From the IMG/VR virus record IMGVR_UViG_3300011577_000001: a stretch of DNA of 64,000 bases, one strand, 5' to 3'. Shown here piece after piece: positions 11,709 through 20,658 of this stretch. The DNA is from a virus. Its lineage: Duplodnaviria > Caudoviricetes. Below the pieces are notes generated by a model. The model was not told the DNA's origin and ran no database searches. It was given only the letters and a program-made list of their open reading frames with translations. How positions within the stretch are numbered: the first letter of the stretch is position 1; each line of letters begins with the position of its first letter. The position numbers were made by a program, and so were the translations under genes.

Positions 11709-14216
11709 ATGATTCGAGAGATGATCAAATTCGACGGCACTCGTGAGCCGTTCATTGCAGAAAAGCCTGCGCGCTGGACGCAATGGGGTGCCCGTAAGCT
11801 CGGTAAGCGCGTGGACTGGCCCAGCATTCTCGCCGAAGCAGTAAATGAGTGTCCTCCTGTTCTCTCGACCCTCGAGTTCCAGGAGAAGCTGGTAGACGTG
11901 ACCCTACGCGGTGAGTCGTGGGCACACTACCTGATGGCCGGTCGCCTTTATGCCCCGCTCATCATGAAACAGACCTTTGGTAACGAGGTCCCCACCATCC
12001 GTGAGCTGCACGAAAAGCTGGCGCTGATGGGTTACATGTACCGCCTGGACTACTCGGAAGCTGAATACGCCGAGTGCCAGAAGCTGATCGACCACAAGAA
12101 AGATCAGACCTACCCGCACTTCCGCAGCGAGTACATCTACAAGAAGTACGCCCTGCAAAACCGCATCGGTACTTCGAAGCAAGTCTTCGAAACGCCCCAG
12201 TTCGTTTACATGCGTATGGCGATGGCTCTCTCCGAAGATCAGCCGCGTGACCGCCGCATGCGTGATGTAGCCAAGTTCTACGAGCACCTTTCTGACGCCC
12301 GCATTAACGCCCCGACTCCGAACTACGTGAACCTGGGTACCCCACTGCGCGGCTTCGCTTCTTGCTGCATCTACAGCAACGAAGACACCGCTGCCTCGAT
12401 CGGCATCGGTCTGCACATCGCTTACACCATGACCTACATGTCCGCAGGTTGTGGTACTCACCTGAACACTCGTTCGCTGGGTGAGCCTGTCCGTGGTGGC
12501 ATGATCCGTCACCAGGGCAAACTGCCGTACATCCGTGCTACCAAGGCCATGGTTGAAGCCAACCTGCAAAACGGCCGTGGTGGGGCTGACACGCTGACCT
12601 ACAGCATGTTCGACCCTGAGAACGAAACCCTGCTGCAACTCCAGAACCCGATGTCGACTGCGGACAAGCAGATTCGTGGTATCGACTACTCGGTCACGGT
12701 CAGCAAGTTCATCGCTCGCTTCGCTGGCGCCAAAGGAAAGCTGTTCAAGTTCAACAGCTTCACTGCCCCGGATCTGTACGACGCCTTCTACTCGGCAGAC
12801 TTTGCCAAGTTCGAAGAACTGTACGCCAAGTACGAAGCCGATCCGCTGTTCGTCAAGGACTACTTCAACGCTCGTGAGCTGGTGCTGGTCGCTCTGACCG
12901 AAGCCCTGGAAACTGGTCGCTACTACCTGACCTGGGCTGACGAGATGAATCGTCACACCCCGTTCTACGACGAGATCTTCGCTTCCAACCTGTGCCAAGA
13001 GATCATGCTGCCTCAGCGTGGTTACGCTCACATGCTGGACCTGTACTCGGAAAGTTCGGTCGGCTACATCCGTCTGACCACTACCGATGGCAATCGCATG
13101 GAACTCGAGGCACCGCAGAAGGTCTGGGTGGATCGAGAGATCCCGATGGACTACCCGGTCGGTCGTATCGCACGCCCTGCCATCGCAGCTATCGAGCTGC
13201 AACCAGGTGAATCGTTCCGTACCGTGAAGGACGGTCTGACCTACACCGTTGCTACGGTTGACGAGATCAAGCGCGAACCAGAAGTTGCCATGTGCAACAT
13301 CGGCGGTATCGTACCTGCGAACATCGAGAGCGACGAGCAGTGGGCAGAAGTGGCCTACTACACCCTGCTGATGATCGACATCTGCATTCACAAGGCTGAG
13401 TACGAGTTGCCGCACATCGGCTACACGTCCAAGTCGCGCATGAATGCTGGCGTGGGTCTGATGGGTGTCGCGACCTGGATGGCGAAGAACAACCTCCGGT
13501 ACTCGACCCAGGAAGGCAAGAACGCGCTGTTCCACCTCGACGAAACCCACATGTACCACCTGATCACTCAGTCGATCCAGTTGGGCAAAGAACGTGGTAA
13601 CGCTCCGTGGATGCACCGTACCAAGTGGCCAGAAGGTTACCTGCCGCAAGACAGCGCCAACCAGAACGTCCTGGAACTGGTAACTGTCAAGCCTGCTCGT
13701 GACTGGGCTCCGGTTCGTGCTGCCCTGATCGAAAACGAGGGCATGCGCTTCTCCTGCGTCAACTCCCACATGCCAGGCGAATCCAGCTCGAAAGCTGCTG
13801 GTCAACCAAACGGTCGTTACCCGGTTCGTGACGTGGTCATGACCAAGACCGACAACGGCATCGTATCGCGTTGGGCTGCACCGGAAGGTGACATCTGGGC
13901 TGATCGTTACGAGATCGCCTGGGACCTCGATTACACCCACCAGATCGACAGCTACGCCGTCGGCCAGTACTGGTGTGACCAAGGGATGTCCGCTGACCAA
14001 TGGCGCCGCCTGCCACCAGGTGAAACCGTAGGTTCGGCTGAACTGCTGCAAGGGTTCTTCCGCATGACCAAGTACGGCTTCAAATCCCGTTACTACTACA
14101 ACACGCTGACCACCGCTCCGAAGCGGATGGAAAACGGCGAGATCGTGATGGTCGAAGTGCGCAACACCGACAAGGCCCCAGAAGCCGATTGCGGTGCTGG
14201 TGGTTGCAAGATGTAA
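11709..14216 (+). CDS. nrdA: ribonucleotide reductase class Ia alpha subunit, with an insertion near the active site
   Basis: N-terminal ATP-cone-like IKFDGTREPF, PTP..NLGT, ASCC, SNLCQEI, MPGESSS, KSRYY, C-terminal CxxxxC. Confidence 0.96.
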   Translation: MIREMIKFDGTREPFIAEKPARWTQWGARKLGKRVDWPSILAEAVNECPPVLSTLEFQEKLVDVTLRGESWAHYLMAGRLYAPLIMKQTFGNEVPTIRELHEKLALMGYMYRLDYSEAEYAECQKLIDHKKDQTYPHFRSEYIYKKYALQNRIGTSKQVFETPQFVYMRMAMALSEDQPRDRRMRDVAKFYEHLSDARINAPTPNYVNLGTPLRGFASCCIYSNEDTAASIGIGLHIAYTMTYMSAGCGTHLNTRSLGEPVRGGMIRHQGKLPYIRATKAMVEANLQNGRGGADTLTYSMFDPENETLLQLQNPMSTADKQIRGIDYSVTVSKFIARFAGAKGKLFKFNSFTAPDLYDAFYSADFAKFEELYAKYEADPLFVKDYFNARELVLVALTEALETGRYYLTWADEMNRHTPFYDEIFASNLCQEIMLPQRGYAHMLDLYSESSVGYIRLTTTDGNRMELEAPQKVWVDREIPMDYPVGRIARPAIAAIELQPGESFRTVKDGLTYTVATVDEIKREPEVAMCNIGGIVPANIESDEQWAEVAYYTLLMIDICIHKAEYELPHIGYTSKSRMNAGVGLMGVATWMAKNNLRYSTQEGKNALFHLDETHMYHLITQSIQLGKERGNAPWMHRTKWPEGYLPQDSANQNVLELVTVKPARDWAPVRAALIENEGMRFSCVNSHMPGESSSKAAGQPNGRYPVRDVVMTKTDNGIVSRWAAPEGDIWADRYEIAWDLDYTHQIDSYAVGQYWCDQGMSADQWRRLPPGETVGSAELLQGFFRMTKYGFKSRYYYNTLTTAPKRMENGEIVMVEVRNTDKAPEADCGAGGCKM

Positions 14217-14222
14217 TTGAAA

Positions 14223-14242
14223 GGGGCTCCTTCGGGAGCCCC
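14223..14242 (+). terminator. cUUCGg hairpin between nrdA and nrdB (weak terminator or RNA-stabilising stem)
   Basis: GGGGCTCC-TTCG-GGAGCCCC with no strong U tract. Confidence 0.5.
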
Positions 14243-14272
14243 GACACTTAACGAACATTAGGGTAAAAGGTA

Positions 14273-15442
14273 GTGTCTAAACCAATCATGTTGGAGATGG
14301 GCTTTCCCGCCACTCCACCGGTAATCGATCAGGCGATTTTCAACCTGTACAAAAACGACTACCAGAACACCAGCCTGTTGCTTGGGGAGCCCGGCGGGTT
14401 GTTCGATACGGTCAACAAAAAGTTCCCAGATGTCTGGAAGCTTTACAAGACCATGAAATCGCTGGACTGGGATGAGAACGAAATTCCGTTCACTTCCTGC
14501 AACGCTGAGTTCAAGAACCCACTACTGCGCACCAAAGCGCAGAAGATGATCAAGTCCTTGGCTTGGCAATGGGAAGCTGACTCGGTAGCGTCTCGCAGCA
14601 TCTCGCACATCGTCAGCCTGTTCAACCCAGCTCCTGAGCTGTGGGCAGCCTGGCAGCGTATTTCGGACAACGAAGTGGTTCACGCCGCTACCTACTCCGA
14701 GATCGTTCGTGCTTCGTTCGATAACCCACGTGATGTCCTCGACAAGATCCTCGAGATCACTGAAGCCATGCAGCGCTTGGAATCGGTCTCTCGTGAGATG
14801 GCGTGGATTCGAGAGCGGGGCCTCAAGTTCCAACTAGGCTTGGTTCCAAACGACCAAGAAACCTACAACGCAATCTTCATGTTTGCGTTCGTGATGTTGG
14901 TACTGGAACGTCTTCAATTCATGGCCTCGTTCGCCGTGACCTTCGCGTTGGCGGCAGAAGACCTGTTTATCCCAATCGGGAAGATGGTCCAGAAGATCGC
15001 CCAAGACGAATTCGAAGTGCACACTGCACTCGACTTCACCGTCCTTTATATGGAGATGCAGACCGAGCGTGGGCAGATCGCTTACGAACAACTGCGTCCT
15101 CGTATGAACGCGCTGCTCAACGAAGTCATCCACACCGAAATGAACTGGTCCGATTTCGTCTTTGTTGACGACGAGACTGGCGAGTACGTGGAAGACCTCA
15201 AGTACTGCAACCGCAAGCAGCTCAAGGACTTCGTTCTGTTCAACGCCACGTTCATTGCACGCTCCATGCGTCTGGACATGGAATACCCACAAGTGGAAAA
15301 CCTGCCGCTCCACTACATGAAGACCTGGATGAACATGGGCGATACCCAGCCTTCTCCACAAGAGCAGGCTAACGCTCAGTACAAGGTCAACGTAGTGGTG
15401 CGGGACGACGCAGACGTAGAGTTTGATCTCTCCGGCATCTGA
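14273..15442 (+). CDS. nrdB: ribonucleotide reductase class Ia beta subunit
   Basis: W..DE, DS, NEVVH..TYS, LE.LQF..SF, IAQDEFEVH, SPQE..Y di-iron/tyrosyl motifs. Confidence 0.95.
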   Translation: MSKPIMLEMGFPATPPVIDQAIFNLYKNDYQNTSLLLGEPGGLFDTVNKKFPDVWKLYKTMKSLDWDENEIPFTSCNAEFKNPLLRTKAQKMIKSLAWQWEADSVASRSISHIVSLFNPAPELWAAWQRISDNEVVHAATYSEIVRASFDNPRDVLDKILEITEAMQRLESVSREMAWIRERGLKFQLGLVPNDQETYNAIFMFAFVMLVLERLQFMASFAVTFALAAEDLFIPIGKMVQKIAQDEFEVHTALDFTVLYMEMQTERGQIAYEQLRPRMNALLNEVIHTEMNWSDFVFVDDETGEYVEDLKYCNRKQLKDFVLFNATFIARSMRLDMEYPQVENLPLHYMKTWMNMGDTQPSPQEQANAQYKVNVVVRDDADVEFDLSGI

Positions 15443-15451
15443 GGAATCAAC

Positions 15452-15553
15452 ATGGCTAGTTTCGGCTTAGTGTTGTTGGGCGCAGTTGGTGGTGTGGTAC
15501 TTTGCGGTGTTGTTTTGCTGTACATCGGTTACAAAATGTTCACACGCAGCTAA
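15452..15553 (+). CDS. small membrane protein (33 aa, MASFGLVLLGAVGGVVLCGVVLLYIGYKMFTRS)
   Basis: Read manually: GAGGA SD, one hydrophobic helix; below the ORF-track cutoff. Confidence 0.6.
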   Translation: MASFGLVLLGAVGGVVLCGVVLLYIGYKMFTRS

Positions 15554-15563
15554 AAGGGTTTAT

Positions 15564-15668
15564 ATGGAACATCATGAGTTCGGGACAGCACACTACATCC
15601 TGGTTGTCATGATCGTGGGTATTGTGTTGCTCAAGATCTCTGACTTTTGGAAAGGACGTAAAGAATGA
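15564..15668 (+). CDS. small membrane protein (34 aa, MEHHEFGTAHYILVVMIVGIVLLKISDFWKGRKE)
   Basis: ATG after AAGGG, one TM helix, stop overlaps the next ATG. Confidence 0.6.
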   Translation: MEHHEFGTAHYILVVMIVGIVLLKISDFWKGRKE

Positions 15669-15934
15669 AAATCGGTGAGAACTCATTCGATGTCATTCGT
15701 GGTCTGCGCATCATTCTGGAGTGCAGTCACTATCCCATCCGCCCTGAACACCGTGATGGCGAGATCGTTTTCAAAGACGGTAAGTCTCACTACTTCAGGA
15801 TCATCAACAGCTTGTGTATCCCTGGGGATGTAAAAGAGCTGTTCAACGTACACGGCATTGGTTTGGTGATTGCCAAACAGTTCAGTGCCGAGTCCTGCAA
15901 GTTCTACGGGGACCGTAATGGGTTCCTGACATAA
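15665..15934 (+). CDS. hypothetical protein
   Basis: 89-aa ORF coupled by an ATGA overlap, ends in a terminator. Confidence 0.7.
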   Translation: MKIGENSFDVIRGLRIILECSHYPIRPEHRDGEIVFKDGKSHYFRIINSLCIPGDVKELFNVHGIGLVIAKQFSAESCKFYGDRNGFLT

Positions 15935-15977
15935 AAAAAAAAAAGAAGGGGTGCGAGCCCCTTCTTTTTATGCCGTC
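15929..15977. terminator. bidirectional terminator with TATG flanks
   Basis: GACAT-A12-GAAGGGG..CCCCTTC-TTTTTATGCCGTC between convergent genes. Confidence 0.85.
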
Positions 15978-16616
15978 TTAAAACGGTTGTAGACGCAAAC
16001 AGTGATGGATATAGAGCAGGCGTTCTTCACGCAGCGGGTGGGTGTTCTTCACCGCGATGTTGAAAGCTACGCCTTCAGACAACTCGATTTTCGCGTTGGT
16101 ATGTCGCATGGCCTTCTGGAGGGTGAGGATCAGGTCGAAGCAATCGCGCCTATCGGAAGGTAGTCGCGAGAACCCGTTGTTGACGTCGAGGTACTTCGAA
16201 AGGTTGTTGGCTGCCCAGTGGCGGATAGTCGAATCGTAGTCTGGGTCAGCTACTTCCGGGCGGTCATTGTTCAGGTAGTCGTATGCGTGATTGACCGCAT
16301 CCCACGTAGCACGTTTTGGTAAGATCACGATGTGGTGATCGTGGTCATCGATGTTGTGAAGGAGAGCACCCCGGATGTGGATGCTACGAACCGACAGGAA
16401 CGTTTTATGGCGCCGGATATGGGCATCCAACTCCTTTTGCACTTCTTGTTGGAGGCGCTCAAACGAGTGACCGAACTCGACACCTTCGCCTCGTGGGCGA
16501 CGAGTGAGTTTATTGTAGTGACTGTGGATCTCAGCCAGACGAGCCAGATCCAGTTCATTCAGGACATCACCACCGTCTACAGCCAAGGTGATGTCCACGC
16601 GATTAAAACGAGCCAT
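15978..16616 (-). CDS. hypothetical protein
   Basis: 212-aa ORF, GGAGG SD, coupled to the upstream gene. Confidence 0.75.
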   Translation of the reverse strand: MARFNRVDITLAVDGGDVLNELDLARLAEIHSHYNKLTRRPRGEGVEFGHSFERLQQEVQKELDAHIRRHKTFLSVRSIHIRGALLHNIDDHDHHIVILPKRATWDAVNHAYDYLNNDRPEVADPDYDSTIRHWAANNLSKYLDVNNGFSRLPSDRRDCFDLILTLQKAMRHTNAKIELSEGVAFNIAVKNTHPLREERLLYIHHCLRLQPF

Positions 16617-17134
16617 TAGTTACCCTCCTTAGGGCTAGACATGAATTGAACGTCAGAGTGACCACCAGCGGTCACGGTTGGAACGATGTAGTGTTGCGTG
16701 TGGTGCTTGATGATCGCGTAGCACTGACCTACGTTAGCGGTCATCCCGTGGTACAGCGAATCTGACAGCTTGATGCGATATTTGCGGGAACCGATCAATA
16801 ACAGAGAAGTGGCTGGCTGATGCAGCGGCACCTCTTCGATCTTGTCGTCTCGCAGATAGCCACCGTAGACCACAGTTGCCGGATACAGACCGACAGTCTT
16901 ACGGTTGGTCCGAGACATCACCATCGCTTGGAACTCACCTACGAACTTCTCGTTAGGGTGAGACTGGACGTCGATGACATCGTCCTGCGGTTCTGGTTTG
17001 GGCTTACGCTTTTCATCCAGAACCTTTTGAAGCATTGCGATCTGGGCTTCGAGTCGAGCCTCGGTCCAGTCTTTGTAGTCATGACCACAGGCGCACGGCG
17101 TTTCCCAGCATTTGATGCAGTCAGACATTGCCAT
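16616..17134 (-). CDS. hypothetical protein with N-terminal CxxC-x4-CxC zinc-knuckle-like motif
   Basis: SDCIKCWETPCACGHDYKDW. Confidence 0.75.
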   Translation of the reverse strand: MAMSDCIKCWETPCACGHDYKDWTEARLEAQIAMLQKVLDEKRKPKPEPQDDVIDVQSHPNEKFVGEFQAMVMSRTNRKTVGLYPATVVYGGYLRDDKIEEVPLHQPATSLLLIGSRKYRIKLSDSLYHGMTANVGQCYAIIKHHTQHYIVPTVTAGGHSDVQFMSSPKEGN

Positions 17135-17864
17135 CGGAGGCTTCCTTTTTAATGGTCACCATAACGGTGAAAGATTTGATGTTCTGATCTTCAGACGAGA
17201 ACGAGAGACGCCACTGACCCAGCGTTTGCCGGAAGCGAGTAGCGCTATTGTTGACGGTACAGTAGTACTCCATACCGCAAGCCTTGTAAAGCTTGTGCTT
17301 GTTGAGATTCAACTTGATATTTTGGGGGTTGATATCTCTCGCGTAGGTATGGCGGTCGATACGTACAACTTCAACCTTGGTGACTTCGCAACCTGGGAAC
17401 ATCGTCGACAGGTTGACGCTATCATTGCGCATCACTACTACACGCTTCTTCTTCAGGTAAGGGGCTTTGGTAGTGTGCTTGACTTTCTTCTCGCGATGCG
17501 GTTGGAACCAGAGACCCAATACCTTTTCGCGTTGTTCTTTGTTCAGCTCAACCCGCTCAAGCAGTTTAGGCCAATCGAAGTAAGCGTTTTGGTAGTGGGG
17601 CTTGTTATACGTATCACGAATGTCATCGGGGAAGACGTCCACCTTTGGTGCACCCCAACGAGCCAACACCTGCGGACAGGAAGTAGGACGACGGAAGTAC
17701 ATGATGTGGACCGAGCTGTAGCGATCTGGCGTCAGTCGACACTTTACCAACACGATCACAAACAGGCTAACCCGATTGATGCGCCAGGCTACAATGTCAG
17801 CTTCGCCCATGATGACGCGAGGTTGGGAAGCAGCATGGTCATTATGAGCACGTACTGGAATCAT
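17121..17864 (-). CDS. hypothetical basic protein
   Basis: 247-aa ORF in a tightly overlapping operon. Confidence 0.7.
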   Translation of the reverse strand: MIPVRAHNDHAASQPRVIMGEADIVAWRINRVSLFVIVLVKCRLTPDRYSSVHIMYFRRPTSCPQVLARWGAPKVDVFPDDIRDTYNKPHYQNAYFDWPKLLERVELNKEQREKVLGLWFQPHREKKVKHTTKAPYLKKKRVVVMRNDSVNLSTMFPGCEVTKVEVVRIDRHTYARDINPQNIKLNLNKHKLYKACGMEYYCTVNNSATRFRQTLGQWRLSFSSEDQNIKSFTVMVTIKKEASDGNV

Positions 17865-18223
17865 TTGGCACCTGAGTAACGGAAGTCTGATTTCTTGCCG
17901 CGTTCTTGCAGCAGTTGGATTTCGCGGGAGATGGAGCGACCGGATGGAATCACAGCCATGTAGTAAGTGCCCTCGAAGAGCGTAACCTTAACCACTGTAC
18001 CCGGCATCAGTTTCCACGCTTCGGCATGTTTACGGCTGATGTAGTACATCCGGCCATTCAGCATGACGATGGCAGTTTCCTGAAACTTACTGACTTTGAT
18101 ACCAGCAATCTCACCGCGATCAACTTCACGAGCACCGCGTTGGCGTACCAGATCGAACGGGATGTTCATGGTGGCTTCACGTGGATCGTTTACAGCAGTG
18201 TTACGAACGTGCTTCGAGGACAT
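17861..18223 (-). CDS. hypothetical protein, possible AbrB/MazE-like beta-barrel
   Basis: AAGGAG SD; NGRMYYISRKHAEAWKLMPGTVVKV pattern. Confidence 0.7.
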   Translation of the reverse strand: MSSKHVRNTAVNDPREATMNIPFDLVRQRGAREVDRGEIAGIKVSKFQETAIVMLNGRMYYISRKHAEAWKLMPGTVVKVTLFEGTYYMAVIPSGRSISREIQLLQERGKKSDFRYSGAK

Positions 18224-18249
18224 CTAACAACTCCTTGTAGGGTCTCTTA

Positions 18250-18756
18250 TTATCCCTTCTGAGGGAAACGTTTATTCAGCTCTTCGACAATAGCTGGGAT
18301 GGACATGATGTGGATTGGTGCAGGTCCTTCACGCAATGTATCCGACGCAAGCATTAGTGCCTTGCGGATATCGTTCTCATGGAAATCCATTGAGGCGAAA
18401 AGGGTTTCTTCTGTTTCTACGTAGGCACCCCGAATGCCCACAATACCCTGACCCCAAGGGACCAGTCGCTTGAGCATGCTGCGTTTGCCGTTCTTGTCGC
18501 CGATCGACCATTCTTCAATACGACCGGAATGGGTAATCAGCCAACCACGCAAGGCGCCTTCAAGCAAACCTTCGGACGAATCATCGCCGTCCAGATACGC
18601 CAGCAAGTTAAACGCACAGGGACTCAGCGGGACCAGGAACCCGTGCTTCGAGTACAAGGCATCCGGGTTAATCTGAGTGCGCAGTCCATTGGGGCGGTAA
18701 ATGTCCGAGATGAATGCAATCTCGTTTCCGTTAGTGACAACGAAGTTCTCGTTCAT
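18250..18756 (-). CDS. hypothetical protein, possible inactive Ntn/proteasome-like paralogue
   Basis: ATGA-coupled to the upstream Ntn-like gene; predicted strand/helix pattern parallels it. Confidence 0.6.
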   Translation of the reverse strand: MNENFVVTNGNEIAFISDIYRPNGLRTQINPDALYSKHGFLVPLSPCAFNLLAYLDGDDSSEGLLEGALRGWLITHSGRIEEWSIGDKNGKRSMLKRLVPWGQGIVGIRGAYVETEETLFASMDFHENDIRKALMLASDTLREGPAPIHIMSIPAIVEELNKRFPQKG

Positions 18757-19337
18757 TTGCGGGTCCTGGATTTCTTCTGAGCGGGTACGGTACGTGGGAA
18801 TTTCTTGAGAGTCGTGAGATCGTAGAAGTCACAGCCCAAGCCACACGTGGCGGTTGCTTTGCTGATGCGGTGGATGATCTCAATCGCACCCAAACCTGCC
18901 TTGTGGTAGGCATTGGCGAAATTGATTTCAGAACCGGTAGCATTGAACCGATGGATGTCCTCTGCCCGAACTTCCAGATCTTTCTCTTCGGTACGCCACG
19001 AGATGAACCAGCAGTGCTCTGCTGTTGCGACGTACAGTCGACGAGAGATCCCAGCGGCATAACCGGTCAGGATCATAGCTTCCTCGTCGGTGAACTCCAA
19101 CGGGTTGCCTTCGTCATAGCTCAGGTAAAACGCAGTGAGCCTGGTTGTCAACAAGGTCTTGATCAGACCCATGTCCGCACGGTGCGGATCAGCACCTACT
19201 ACACCGACGACGAAACGTTTCTCGTCCTCGATGAAAAGCTTGTTCCCCACTTCACGATACTCGATGCGAGTACCACAGTTGACCAACATCTGTTTATCGG
19301 CGGCGATTATGCCATCCTTTATTACAACCATCGACAT
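18753..19337 (-). CDS. proteasome beta/HslV-like Ntn-hydrolase fold protein
   Basis: M-S-MVVIKDGIIAADKQ, NKL, VVGVVG, ATGS, TCG motifs match the T1/D17/K33/G47/GSG layout. Confidence 0.65.
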   Translation of the reverse strand: MSMVVIKDGIIAADKQMLVNCGTRIEYREVGNKLFIEDEKRFVVGVVGADPHRADMGLIKTLLTTRLTAFYLSYDEGNPLEFTDEEAMILTGYAAGISRRLYVATAEHCWFISWRTEEKDLEVRAEDIHRFNATGSEINFANAYHKAGLGAIEIIHRISKATATCGLGCDFYDLTTLKKFPRTVPAQKKSRTRK

Positions 19338-19355
19338 TACTTGACTCCCTTGAGT

Positions 19356-19410
19356 GACGGCATAGAGAGTGAGGCTGTGTGGGCCTCACTCCTTGAGCCT
19401 AGCTTATGCC
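19356..19410 (-). terminator. hairpin with TATGCC flanks
   Basis: GAGTGAGGC...GCCTCACTC stem, GACGGCATAG on the left, TTATGCC on the right. Confidence 0.6.
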
Positions 19411-19664
19411 TGAACGCGCTGTTCCAGGCAGCCACGACGACCAGTTTCCTTGGCCGGGGCGTATTGCGGGTGCGCCGAATCTTTCAGGCTACCATCAGCC
19501 AGGAAGTTCAGCTTAGTGCCGACCACGGTATCTTTCGGCAGTTGACCGTCAGCGATCTCGAGTTCGATCAGATCGTTCTTGTCGTTCATGACGGTGAGCT
19601 TGGAACCAGCTACTTTCACGAAGGTCAGGGTGGTGTCTTTTTCCAGGGTTTGAACCAGTTTCAT
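19404..19664 (-). CDS. hypothetical early protein
   Basis: 86-aa ORF, AAAGGAAAG SD, first gene after the promoter at 19715. Confidence 0.75.
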   Translation of the reverse strand: MKLVQTLEKDTTLTFVKVAGSKLTVMNDKNDLIELEIADGQLPKDTVVGTKLNFLADGSLKDSAHPQYAPAKETGRRGCLEQRVQA

Positions 19665-19714
19665 GAACAGCTTTCCTTTTCTAAAAGGTTTTAGGTTGAG
19701 GGCATTGCACCAAG

Positions 19715-19740
19715 GTAATATGTACCTCAGATTCTTTTAA
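19715..19740 (-). promoter_or_regulatory. phiKZ-type early promoter (variant)
   Basis: Minus strand AAAAGAATCTGAGGTACATATTAC. Confidence 0.65.
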
Positions 19741-20612
19741 TTCGACGGGTAGTGTGGCTCACACAAGGTGATAGGATCTTCCTTCGCCAGATCAGGCCGG
19801 TAGTTCCGCTGGATCAACTTGAACTTGAGGATGCGACGGATACCTTTCACTTCCCCGTCGGGGTAGACCATCATTCCTGTGCGTTCAGGGTCGGTGTAAC
19901 GAATGAACACCACCGGGTGAGCGTTACCTTCTTGGATCAGATCTCCATTCTTGAAGTGATCTGCTTTCAAGTACTCGTTGTACTCCCGGATGAGCTTTTC
20001 TTCTTGCTCTTCACGGAAGGACTTGTAGTAAGGATCGGGTTCCCAACTGGCCGACATGTTTGGAACAATGCTAGCCGTCCCGTAAATGGCGTAATAAGTG
20101 AACGCGTAATAATGCGGGATATCCCGAGCCTGTTGATGCAGACCAATGATCTTGAACGGTAGCTCTGGCCAACCTTTATCTTCGGAGTGGCGCAGCTTGT
20201 GGAACACACCAGTCGTGGTCAGGTAGATCGGGTTGTTTGTGTGAGCGCAATTGCCCAAGAACAAACGCTTGCCCCGATACTCTTCCCGGTTTTTATCCAT
20301 CCGGTGGTAGTGCTCTGCCAACTTACGATTGAAGTCGTAGTTGTGAGCAAGCAGGCTATGGTCGCCAGCATCCAGAAACTCCACACGTGCCTTAGAAGGA
20401 ATCTCGGTAGCAAAGTTCCCCTCACGACCCGGCATGAAGTAGTGCATGCGGTTTTCTTTGAAATCGAACTGGGTGATGTAGTAGATCTGATCGCCACCCA
20501 ATTCGGTAATGTCTTGGTGTACTCGAATGCGAACAAAACTGCCACATTCTTTCAACTCACGTACTGCACGCTTTAAGTCGTTCTTAAAGAGCTGATCCCA
20601 CAAAGAGCGCAT
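19737..20612 (-). CDS. hypothetical protein
   Basis: 291-aa ORF, AAGGAAGG SD. Confidence 0.8.
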   Translation of the reverse strand: MRSLWDQLFKNDLKRAVRELKECGSFVRIRVHQDITELGGDQIYYITQFDFKENRMHYFMPGREGNFATEIPSKARVEFLDAGDHSLLAHNYDFNRKLAEHYHRMDKNREEYRGKRLFLGNCAHTNNPIYLTTTGVFHKLRHSEDKGWPELPFKIIGLHQQARDIPHYYAFTYYAIYGTASIVPNMSASWEPDPYYKSFREEQEEKLIREYNEYLKADHFKNGDLIQEGNAHPVVFIRYTDPERTGMMVYPDGEVKGIRRILKFKLIQRNYRPDLAKEDPITLCEPHYPSN

Positions 20613-20658
20613 AAGTTTCCTTCCTTAAGGTGTGGCGGGGGAAAGCCCCCGCCGAAGT

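Noticed and set aside
11904-14258. 784-aa antisense ORF over nrdA (likewise 7838-9346, 26111-27424, 32420-34216, 59988-61004)
   Set aside because: Shadow frames in register with codon-biased real genes, which avoid the codons that read as antisense stops; no SD, motifs or protein-like composition
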